A DNA stretch of 41,045 nt from Chloroflexota bacterium (GTDB taxonomy: Bacteria > Chloroflexota > Anaerolineae > Promineifilales > Promineifilaceae): the NCBI GenBank assembly GCA_041918535.1, contig JAYRVN010000330.1, positions 1-41,045 on the forward strand, in the 5' to 3' direction. Made by a program: the position numbers and the translations under genes. The notes under the pieces are model-generated. The model did not search any database. It had not been told where the DNA came from and saw only the letters and a list, made by a program, of their open reading frames with translations. This document shows, in pieces, positions 26,601-33,324 of this stretch (the first letter of the stretch is position 1; each line of letters begins with the position of its first letter).

Positions 26601-27977
26601 CATAATCGCGGCCAGCCGGTCGGCGTGGACGAGCCGGCTGCGTCGCGGGCCGGGCTTGTCGGCGTCTTGCGGCGCTTCAAACAGCAGCGCGCCCAGCCCC
26701 TGACGCCGGTCATAGACGCCGTGGCCGTCGAAATGCACCACGTCAAAGGGGTCGCCCGCCTGGTTGGCCTGTTGCAACGCTTGTTCCAGGGCGGGCAGCG
26801 TCGGCGGGTGCAGCACCGTCAGCGCGGCCAGGCTGCCGAGATTCTCCACGGCGCTGACCAGCGGCAGGGCGCTGGCGCGGTGGTCTATGTAGCCCACGGG
26901 CGTCTGGCCGTCCTCAGCCAGTTCAGGGCGCGGGCTGAGCAGCAAAATACGGATGGGCGGCTCAGCCGGCGCTACCGGCCGCGGCTGGCGGTTGGGCAGG
27001 CGGCGGCGGAGGCTGACGGGGTTAGCGCCGTGCAGCAGGTAGCCGCCCTCGTCGCCCAGCAGTTCCCAGGGCAGCGCCAGCAGCTCGGTGGCGGCGCGAT
27101 GCACGGCGGTCTGCGCGGCGGCGTCGGCCCCGTCGGGGGCGTCGGGGTCTACCTGCACGGAGAAGCGGCGGGCGTGGCCGGCGGGGCTGCCCTGCCAGGC
27201 GGTCAGCGCCGCGCGCGCGGCGGGCGCGCCCAGCGCCGCCTCGAACAGCGCCCGGCCCCAGGCCGGCAACTGCGCCTCGGCGCGGCGGGCGCGCTGGGCA
27301 AAGACGCCCACCGGCCACAGGGCGAACTCTTCCAAATACCAGCGAATGTCCTCCAGCTCAATCGGCCCCAGCGGCGCGGTGACCGTGTAGCGTTTGCTCT
27401 CGACCTGCCGCGCCGCCGAGTCAGCCGGTTGGTAGATGAGCGTGGCGGTGGCCTGGGCGCGCTGCGCGCCGTTCAGTTCCACCAGGCGCGGGTCGCGCAG
27501 TTCCAGGATCAGATCGTCAACGGGCGCGGCGGGCGGCTCCGGGGCGGGCGCGGCGTCTTCCGGCAGTTGCTCGCCCAGAGCGGCCAAAAGCGCGGGCAAG
27601 GCTTCATCCAGCCGGGCCGGGTCCACCCGGACGGCCAGCGGCTCTTTGTCCTCGTCGAAGTAAATCCACAGGGCGGACGGCTCGACGCCGGGCAGCAGCA
27701 GCGGGATAAGGCGGAAATCGGCGCGCTGCTGTTCAACCACCGCCGCGCGGCGGATTTCGTCGCGCACCCATTTGGAGTTGAAGGTCTGCGGGCCGAGGAC
27801 GGCAATGACGGCGCGGGCCGCGTCTATGGCGGCTTCGATTTCCGGCTTGAGATGGTCGCCGCCGCGCAGGTTGCGCGAGTCGGCCCAGACGCTCAGGCCG
27901 TGGCCTTCGAGGGCGCGGCGCAACTGCATGACAAAGGCATCATCGGCGGTGGCGTGGGAGATGAAAATAGGGGCCAT
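23613..27977 (-). CDS. TIR - CHAT (caspase-like protease) - STAND P-loop NTPase (NB-ARC-like) - TPR multidomain protein, 1454 aa
   Basis: Track ORF 23613..28241. The start is trimmed to ATG 27977 (MAPIFISHATADD), because the 88-aa extension overlaps the upstream gene and is low complexity. Domain motifs are listed in the four sub-features below. Confidence 0.85.
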   Translation of the reverse strand: MAPIFISHATADDAFVMQLRRALEGHGLSVWADSRNLRGGDHLKPEIEAAIDAARAVIAVLGPQTFNSKWVRDEIRRAAVVEQQRADFRLIPLLLPGVEPSALWIYFDEDKEPLAVRVDPARLDEALPALLAALGEQLPEDAAPAPEPPAAPVDDLILELRDPRLVELNGAQRAQATATLIYQPADSAARQVESKRYTVTAPLGPIELEDIRWYLEEFALWPVGVFAQRARRAEAQLPAWGRALFEAALGAPAARAALTAWQGSPAGHARRFSVQVDPDAPDGADAAAQTAVHRAATELLALPWELLGDEGGYLLHGANPVSLRRRLPNRQPRPVAPAEPPIRILLLSPRPELAEDGQTPVGYIDHRASALPLVSAVENLGSLAALTVLHPPTLPALEQALQQANQAGDPFDVVHFDGHGVYDRRQGLGALLFEAPQDADKPGPRRSRLVHADRLAAIMRDYGIPLVFLEACQSSLTEDDLNSVATRLLQEGVSSVAAMSYSVLVETARRYVEAFYGALAAGGRVGAAHLAGQQALAGDSFRGKVMGAGELHLRDWFVPVLYQDAADPRLFSRLLPGRVRDLQKERRKLALGALPETPPHTFIGRSRELLYLERLLAQERYAVVRGTGGAGKTTLAVELARWLARSGRFGRAAFVSLENVADARAVLDSLGHQLLPDGDKYSVAHYPTLAAALQPVARALRDDATLIVLDHVESALPAPGADVGAGFKPAPTAELFDLCRALLDADGRARIVFTSREALPAPFDGGRQRVELGALSERDAVALVERVMANAGWQPAPTDPGATPQEVLELVNAVNRHARALVLLARDVARLGVRATTANLTAIMAAQDAAHPGDRENSLYASLELSLQRLTTEMREQVKALAVFQGGAQLSILAMVMEVDVEVARALAIRLIDVGLAEEMPYAHLRVDPALGAYLRRGLDAAALAALTERWAAAMRQLVDFLSQQLFQDAQMARQLTLLELPNLLALLEWLPDRAAPEDVVAVAGRIEQLLAELGRPAALARAAAAREEASGKLGEWGHARFEHERLALERRLGQGDGRGALAAAEALRQRALAAGEAAYPGAAYDIGVAHILLGRVLRTGGQAGAALEPLGEAQRRFEALAAQGDKDAAGMASAALTEQADCLTALGRLDDAAALYERAIALDEARGDARDVAVGRTQLGTVRQYQRRYAEALAAYAAARDVFERLGEPAGVATLWHQIGRVHRQAGQFEAAERAYRQSLAIEVQQGNAAGQASSLGELGNLYAGAGRLEEAVTFYRQAADIAVRLGDQAKEGLRRSNIAGTLVKLGRLDEARREIERAIECARPFGHAAEPWKTFAILHNIEAAGGNAAAAGAAWRQARDAYLAYRRDGGYARGGAGEVADQLLTHLRRNDHAAARALVAGGKQAGWPPLFVAGLEAILAGSRALPQADDPALHYQLATELLLLLERLAAGH
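23862..24884 (-). other. TPR repeat array (putative sensor) of the 1454-aa protein
   Basis: Repeated ~34-40-aa units with the A..Y..AL pattern, e.g. LGRLDDAAALYERAIAL, QRRYAEALAAYAAARDVFERLG, AGQFEAAERAYRQSLAI, AGRLEEAVTFYRQAADIAVRLG, LGRLDEARREIERAIEC. Confidence 0.75.
25242..26180 (-). other. STAND / NB-ARC-like NTPase module of the 1454-aa protein
   Basis: Walker A GTGGAGKTT (Lys codon 26082..26084), Walker B TLIVLDHVE, followed by a helical/winged-helix-like region. Confidence 0.75.
26292..26960 (-). other. CHAT protease core of the 1454-aa protein
   Basis: VVHFDGHGVY (His codon 26721..26723) and PLVFLEACQS (Cys codon 26562..26564) form a caspase-like His/Cys dyad. An upstream ALPWELLGDEGGYLL segment is typical of CHAT N-terminal regions. 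Confidence 0.75.
27567..27977 (-). other. TIR domain of the 1454-aa protein
   Basis: IFISHATADDAF...LSVWADSRNLRGGDHLKPEIEAAIDAARAVIAVLGPQTFNSKWVRDEI. The Glu of the S.W(V/C)..E motif is present (mature E74, codon 27756..27758, GAA). Confidence 0.8.
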
Positions 27978-28074
27978 GGCAACATCCAACGACAAAACGG
28001 ATAACGGCGCGCCTGTATTATCGCATACAATCTGGGGAAGGAAAGCGAAATACAACGTTGCGCGGCGGGGGATG

Positions 28075-28992
28075 CTATTCGGGTAGACGGCCTTTGGCGC
28101 GCAGGGTGTGGAGGAGGCTGGGGAAACCGACGCGCTCGACCAGGTGGTGGAGATGGCGGAAGCCGTCGCCATAGATGGGATCGCTGTTGACGGCGATGCG
28201 CCGGGCGTAGAAGAGCGTCTCATGTGTGGCGCGCTCGACATAATAACGGTGGGCGAGAAGTTCGCAGAAGCCCTCTTCCTCTTTTTCCGGCAGGCCGAGA
28301 AGCGTTTGCTGGGCTAACCAGACGTGGGCCAGTTCGTGCAAGCCGACGCCTTCAAAGAGGGGGCGCGGCAAGCCGGACAGGATAGCCACTTGTTGCACGA
28401 CGGCGCGAATCGGCCGATCCCGGTGTGTCGTCCGCGCGCTGAGGGTCAGGCCGAGGCGGCCCGGTCGGCGGCCGGCCAGACGAGCAAAGGCGGCGCGCTC
28501 CGGCAAGGTCAGCTTGAAACGCCAATGGCTAAGGGCTACTCCCTGCCCGGCCGCCCATTGCGCCAACTCTTCCAGGATCGGCCGGGCCTGCTCGACAGCA
28601 TCTATGGCCTGCGCCAGACAGTTCTCGCAGGTCACGCTGCCGGCGCGCCGGCGGCTACGGCCGGGCGGCGGCGCGGTCAGACGGCCGCAATATTCGCAGT
28701 GGGGATATTGGCGGGCGTGCTCGACACAGGTGGTCACGCCCCAATAGTCTATATGGTAGGTTGCCAGCAGCGGGCGGCCGCACAGGGCGCAGGTAGGGGG
28801 AGTGGGATCGAGCATTAGTCGCTGGGGGTTGCGTGGAGGGGAGCGTTTTTCGGCCGAATCACCCTTATTCCCTGCCCACGCGCCGCCGCCCAGGCCCGCG
28901 TTGACATGGTAGTGCGGAGTGTACCCGATACGGGCGACGTCTTCAAACTCCGATCGCGCCGCTGGCGCGACAAGGCTTGTACTGCGGAACAT
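28075..28992 (-). CDS. DA1-like zinc metallopeptidase with N-terminal LIM-like double zinc finger
   Basis: CxxC/CxxH/CxxC/CxxC pattern (CALCG...CVEH...CEYCG...CENC), then GVGLHELAHVWLAQQTLLGLPEKEEEGFCELLAHRYYVE. This parallels the plant DA1 peptidase signature HEMMHAWL...EEGICQVLAH. The start is uncertain: ATG 28992 (leaderless-type context) or ATG 28815 (MLDPTPPTCALCG). Confidence 0.7.
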   Translation of the reverse strand: MFRSTSLVAPAARSEFEDVARIGYTPHYHVNAGLGGGAWAGNKGDSAEKRSPPRNPQRLMLDPTPPTCALCGRPLLATYHIDYWGVTTCVEHARQYPHCEYCGRLTAPPPGRSRRRAGSVTCENCLAQAIDAVEQARPILEELAQWAAGQGVALSHWRFKLTLPERAAFARLAGRRPGRLGLTLSARTTHRDRPIRAVVQQVAILSGLPRPLFEGVGLHELAHVWLAQQTLLGLPEKEEEGFCELLAHRYYVERATHETLFYARRIAVNSDPIYGDGFRHLHHLVERVGFPSLLHTLRAKGRLPE

Positions 28993-29055
28993 TCGTGCTA
29001 TACTATCAATTACCCTCTAACAAATAACCCCATATAAGCGTAAGGAGAGAAAGCA

Positions 29056-29376
29056 ATGGCAAATTATGTTTTACTGTATAGCGGCGGTGGAATGCCCGAA
29101 ACTGAAGCGCAGCAGGCGGCCGTCATGCAAGCGTGGGGAATGTGGTATGGTCAGCTTGGCGAGGCGCTGGTGGACGGCGGCAATCCGTTCACGCCCATGG
29201 CTAAGACCGTCGCCAGCGACGGCTCGGTCAGCGATGGCTCCGCCGGCATGATGGCGACCGGGTATACGATTATTAAGGCTGATTCGCTCGACGCCGCCGC
29301 CGGCCTGTCTCAGGGCTGCCCCATCCTGGCGGCCGGCGGACAGATCACCATTTTTGAAACGTTTGACGTGATGTAG
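29056..29376 (+). CDS. YCII/DGPF-like small protein
   Basis: 106-aa ORF with AAGGAGAG upstream of the ATG. MANYVLLYSGG..., GGNPF, GYTIIKADSLDAAAGL and a C-terminal ITIFETF pattern resemble YCII-related domain proteins. Confidence 0.6.
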   Translation: MANYVLLYSGGGMPETEAQQAAVMQAWGMWYGQLGEALVDGGNPFTPMAKTVASDGSVSDGSAGMMATGYTIIKADSLDAAAGLSQGCPILAAGGQITIFETFDVM

Positions 29377-29449
29377 GCTGGAGAGTTCTCCCGCCGGCCG
29401 GGTCGTTTGACCACGCCGACCGGAGAACCGGTGGCCCATCCCGCCTGTC

Positions 29450-29483
29450 ACACAACCGCCCCGGCCAACCGGGGCGGTTGTGT
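29450..29483. terminator. Strong GC hairpin between convergent genes (bidirectional terminator candidate)
   Basis: Perfect 15-bp stem ACACAACCGCCCCGG / CCGGGGCGGTTGTGT with loop CCAA, between the YCII-like stop (29376) and the ABC gene stop (29527). No clear U-tract. Confidence 0.5.
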
Positions 29484-29526
29484 CCAGGCCGGCCCAAGCG
29501 CGAGCGATCCGCGGCGCCCGTCACGT

Positions 29527-31356
29527 TCACGCCTGGTCGGCGCCGGATTCCCCGGTCCACAACGCCCGCATCTCTGGATGGCGCGCCAACAGCGCCTCTA
29601 ATGACCCGCTATCAAGCACGCGGCCATCGGCCAACAACACAATCCGGTCGGCGCGCCGCAACACCGGTTGGCGGTGGCTGACTACCAAAAAGGCCGCTGC
29701 CGGCTGCCAGGCGGCCAGATTGGCCCACAGGCGCAGTTCCGTTTCCACATCCAGGGCGCTGGAAAGATCGTCAAAAACGTACAGAGCCGGCCGCCGCGCC
29801 AGGGCGCGCGCCGCCGCCGCGCGCTGCGTTTGCCCGCCCGACAGGCGCGTGCCCCTGGCCCCCACCTGCGTAGCCAAACCCGCCGGCATAGCGGCTATAT
29901 CGGGGCTTAACTCGACGGCGGCGACGGCTGCCGACAAGGCGGCCGGCGGGGCATTGACGCCGAGCAAAATGTTTTCGGCCAGGCTTTGGCTGAAGAGGCG
30001 GGGCGTCTGGGGGGTGTAGGCGGCGCGGGGCGGGGTAAAAAAATCGGCCGAATCCAGCACCATTTCCCCATTCCAGGTGATCGCCTCCGCCTCGGCCGGC
30101 AACAAACCCAGCAGCGCCCGCAGCAACGTTGTCTTGCCCGCGCCGATACGCCCCGTAATCACCACAAATTCGCCGCCGCGCACGCTTAGATTCACCCCGC
30201 TGATGCCCTGCGCCGCGCCGGGATAGTGATAAGTCAGGCCGCGCACATCCAGCGCAACCAGGGGAGCGGGTGATGGGGGGATTGAGAGATCGGGCAGCGG
30301 CGCTTCTTCAAATAGATACACCGCTTGCCGATTCACCAGTTCGGACGGCGGCGCGCCCGCCATCAAGGTTTGCAGACGCGCCAACGACACGCCCGACTGC
30401 TTCCAGCCCACCAGCCGCCCGGACACCTGGCGCAGCAGTTCGGCGATGGGCCACAAATAGGTGGTAAAAAGGGCGAAATCGCCCACCGTAAACGCGCCAG
30501 CGCGCACGGCGCGCGCGCTGGCGAGCAGGATCGCGCCGGCACCGACCGCCAGCATATTGGAAGAAAAGGCGCCGAGCAGCGCCGTCAACACCTGGTCACG
30601 CACCGCCGTTGCCCCGCGCACCGCGTTCAGGCGGCGAAAGTGTTCAATCACGCGGGATTCGGCGTGGGCGGCTTGGATGGCCTGCGCCGCGCCAAATATC
30701 TCGCCAATGGCCCCGGTCACCGCGCTGGTGGCTTCGCGGTTGAGCTGGCGATAGCGCGTGATGCAATCCTGCGCTTGCTTGACCAGCAGCACAATGGCGG
30801 CAATCGGCGCGACCGTGGCCAACGTCACCCACGGGTCAATCCGCAGCATGATGGTCAACGCGGCGATATTGGTCAACAGCAAGCCCCAAAAATCGTTGAA
30901 ACTCAGCGCATTCTCCACGATTTCGGTGCCGTCGTCGCGGAAAATGCTGACCACCGCGCCGGCGCTGTAGGGCGCGCCGTCGGCGTCGTCGGGCAGCGGC
31001 AGGGCGGCAGGCCGCTGCAAGAGGCGGAGAAACAGGTTGCGAAAGAGGACGGCCCGGAAGCGGTTGAGGTAATGCGGCGTGGCGTAGATGGCGGCGCTGA
31101 GCGCGGTGACGGCTAAGATGCTGCGCAGCAAGATGAGGACAGCTAACACCCAAACGGGCCAGGGCGCAGCGACGCGCCCGCTGAGGGTGTCGAAGAAGCG
31201 CTGGTGGAGCAGGCCGGCCAAGACGATCAGGCCGTAGAAAATTACGACGCTGAACAGGTCAAGGGCATACCAGCCGGGCACGGCGCGGATCAAGGCCAGG
31301 TAGGCGCGCAGCAGGGAGAGAGATTTCGGCCGATCCGCCATTCTCACACCCCCCAT
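29527..31356 (-). CDS. ABC exporter fused TMD-NBD subunit (degenerate Walker B partner of a heterodimer)
   Basis: 609-aa ORF; ATG 31341 (MADRPKS) is an alternative start. Walker A GRIGAGKTT and canonical signature LSGGQTQR. Walker B is LYVFDDLSS, with Asp in place of the catalytic Glu. Confidence 0.85.
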   Translation of the reverse strand: MGGVRMADRPKSLSLLRAYLALIRAVPGWYALDLFSVVIFYGLIVLAGLLHQRFFDTLSGRVAAPWPVWVLAVLILLRSILAVTALSAAIYATPHYLNRFRAVLFRNLFLRLLQRPAALPLPDDADGAPYSAGAVVSIFRDDGTEIVENALSFNDFWGLLLTNIAALTIMLRIDPWVTLATVAPIAAIVLLVKQAQDCITRYRQLNREATSAVTGAIGEIFGAAQAIQAAHAESRVIEHFRRLNAVRGATAVRDQVLTALLGAFSSNMLAVGAGAILLASARAVRAGAFTVGDFALFTTYLWPIAELLRQVSGRLVGWKQSGVSLARLQTLMAGAPPSELVNRQAVYLFEEAPLPDLSIPPSPAPLVALDVRGLTYHYPGAAQGISGVNLSVRGGEFVVITGRIGAGKTTLLRALLGLLPAEAEAITWNGEMVLDSADFFTPPRAAYTPQTPRLFSQSLAENILLGVNAPPAALSAAVAAVELSPDIAAMPAGLATQVGARGTRLSGGQTQRAAAARALARRPALYVFDDLSSALDVETELRLWANLAAWQPAAAFLVVSHRQPVLRRADRIVLLADGRVLDSGSLEALLARHPEMRALWTGESGADQA

Positions 31357-31407
31357 CTCCCCGCCTCACCCGCCAAGAGAGGGGCCGAAAGATGCGTATC
31401 GGCCGAT

Positions 31408-33180
31408 TCAAACATCGCTCAACTCCCATTCCGGGGCTGCGCCGCGCTGCAACAATTGGGCATAGGCAGAGGTTGGATCGGCAGCCAAGGCCACCCGCTC
31501 CCCTTGTTCCAGGATACGCCCCTGATCCAGCACCAGAATGCGGTCGGCGCGCTCGACGGTCGCCAGCCGATGGGCGATGATCACGGCCGTGCGCCCGGCC
31601 AGCAGGCGCGTCACGGCGCGCTCTAGCAATTGCTCGGTGGCCGGGTCCAGGCGCGACGACGCCTCATCCAGAATGACCAGGTCGGGATCGCGCAGAAAGA
31701 CGCGCGCAAAGGCGATCAGTTGCGCCTGTCCGGCCGAGAGGCCGCTGCCGCCGGCCTGCAACAGCGTGTCCAGCCCGGCCGGCTGGCTATCGAACCAGTC
31801 GCCCAGACCCAGGTCGCGCAGCGCGGCGATCAGACGCGCATCGGACAGCGCGGGGTCAAAAAAGGTGAGATTATCGCGCAGGCTGGCGCGGAAGAGCTGC
31901 ACTTGCTGGGTCACAATGCCGATGCGTTGGCGCAAAGCGCCGAGCGGCGCGTCGCGCACGTCCTGTCCGCCCAGGCGCACCGCGCCGAGGTCGGCGTCGT
32001 AGAGGCGGTAGATCAGGCTGATGAGGGTGCTTTTGCCGCTGCCGGTGCGGCCAAGCAGGCCGAGCACCTGGCGCGGGGCCAGGGTAAAAGTGACATCGCG
32101 CAAAACGGGCGTGGGGTCGTCCTCATAGTGAAATGTGACCTGGTCGAACTCAAGCGCCAGCGGGCCGGCGGGCAATTCGGCCGATCCGTCATCCACCAGC
32201 CGGCTCTGGATGTCCAACAACTCGCGCACCCGCCCAATGCCCGCCTGCGACTGCTGCAAGCGGTGAATCTGGTCAATCAAACGCCAGGTGCGGTCATTGA
32301 TCAAGTCAATGTAGCTAAACACCAGGTAGAGCGTGCCAATGGTGACGGCGCTGCGGGCAAACAGGGTTCCGCCCAGGGTATAGGCGGCGGCTACGGCCAG
32401 GCCGAAGCTCAGGCTAGGCGTGGCGACGAGGGCCGCGCTCGACACCTGGGCCGAACGTTCGGTTAGAAAAACCTGGCGCAGGCGGCGCTGCATCAAGGCA
32501 ACGGTGTAGGCGACGGCGCCATTCGGCCGAATATCCTCCCGCCCGCTCAGGCGCTCCTCCAAAAAGCCGTAAAAGTCGGCGTCGGCCGCCCGCGCCCGCG
32601 CCCAGCGTTGGGTGGAGATAGGGCGCAGCCATTGGATATAGACGGCCGACAACAACGCCACCAACGTCACAGCCAAGCCAAAGCGCCACTCTTCCAGCCA
32701 TAAGATGACGATGATGCCGATCACCAGCAGGAGATTGCTGCACAGTTGGATGAAAAACTCGGACAGAAATCGGCCGATTGCGTTCACATCCCCATCAATG
32801 CGCTCAATCAACTCGCCCGGCGTGCGCTGCTTATGAAAACTCATGTCCAGTTTCAGACAATGCAGCGCCAGGTCGGCCCGCAGCGCATTCGTCGCCTGCC
32901 AGCTCACCCGCTCGCCTATCCAGGCCGTCAATACAGTCAACGCCTGCTGCGCCAACGCCAGCCCCAAATAAAGGCCGGCCGCGCCCAGCAGGGCTGTCAT
33001 CGGCTGCTGCGCCTGCGCCCGATCAATAAACAGGCGGATAATCTGCGGATTGATCAGATAAACGGCAATTCCGCCCGCCACCGACAAGGTTAGCCACGCC
33101 ACGCGCCCGCGTTGCGCGCGCAGGTAGGGCGCGAGAACTTGCCACAAGTCGGTCAGGGTATTTTGCGGACGGTCGGTCAT
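31408..33180 (-). CDS. ABC exporter fused TMD-NBD subunit (canonical Walker B partner)
   Basis: ORF 31408..33261, likely start ATG 33180 (MTDRPQNTL). Walker A GRTGSGKST and Walker B LVILDEASS with the catalytic Glu. The signature is non-canonical: LSAGQAQ. Confidence 0.85.
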   Translation of the reverse strand: MTDRPQNTLTDLWQVLAPYLRAQRGRVAWLTLSVAGGIAVYLINPQIIRLFIDRAQAQQPMTALLGAAGLYLGLALAQQALTVLTAWIGERVSWQATNALRADLALHCLKLDMSFHKQRTPGELIERIDGDVNAIGRFLSEFFIQLCSNLLLVIGIIVILWLEEWRFGLAVTLVALLSAVYIQWLRPISTQRWARARAADADFYGFLEERLSGREDIRPNGAVAYTVALMQRRLRQVFLTERSAQVSSAALVATPSLSFGLAVAAAYTLGGTLFARSAVTIGTLYLVFSYIDLINDRTWRLIDQIHRLQQSQAGIGRVRELLDIQSRLVDDGSAELPAGPLALEFDQVTFHYEDDPTPVLRDVTFTLAPRQVLGLLGRTGSGKSTLISLIYRLYDADLGAVRLGGQDVRDAPLGALRQRIGIVTQQVQLFRASLRDNLTFFDPALSDARLIAALRDLGLGDWFDSQPAGLDTLLQAGGSGLSAGQAQLIAFARVFLRDPDLVILDEASSRLDPATEQLLERAVTRLLAGRTAVIIAHRLATVERADRILVLDQGRILEQGERVALAADPTSAYAQLLQRGAAPEWELSDV

Positions 33181-33324
33181 CGCATGAATCCACGTCAAGT
33201 GTACCACAGCCGCGCGACCAGGCCGCAAAGCAGCAGCGTGGGGTGGGGCAATACGGTACAATCAGTCTTCTAATAATAATCTTCCCGGACGCCGCCGACC
33301 GGCGCGCGGCGCAACACGAACCGT

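Noticed and set aside
24306-28004. Very long plus-strand ORFs (24306..25838, 24443..25291, 25845..28004 and others) antisense to the TIR-CHAT-STAND gene
   Set aside because: Their translations are Arg/Pro/Ala/Gly-rich low-complexity strings with no recognisable motifs. They lie opposite a minus-strand frame with clear TIR, CHAT, P-loop and TPR motifs. This is typical of stop-codon-poor shadow frames in ~75% GC DNA.
27978-28241. 88-codon N-terminal extension of the large ORF (MSSAPHMRRSSTPGASPST...)
   Set aside because: It overlaps the 3' end of the upstream DA1-like gene by 167 nt. It is Ser/Thr/Pro/Ala low complexity. The TIR domain begins exactly at the internal Met (MAPIFISH).
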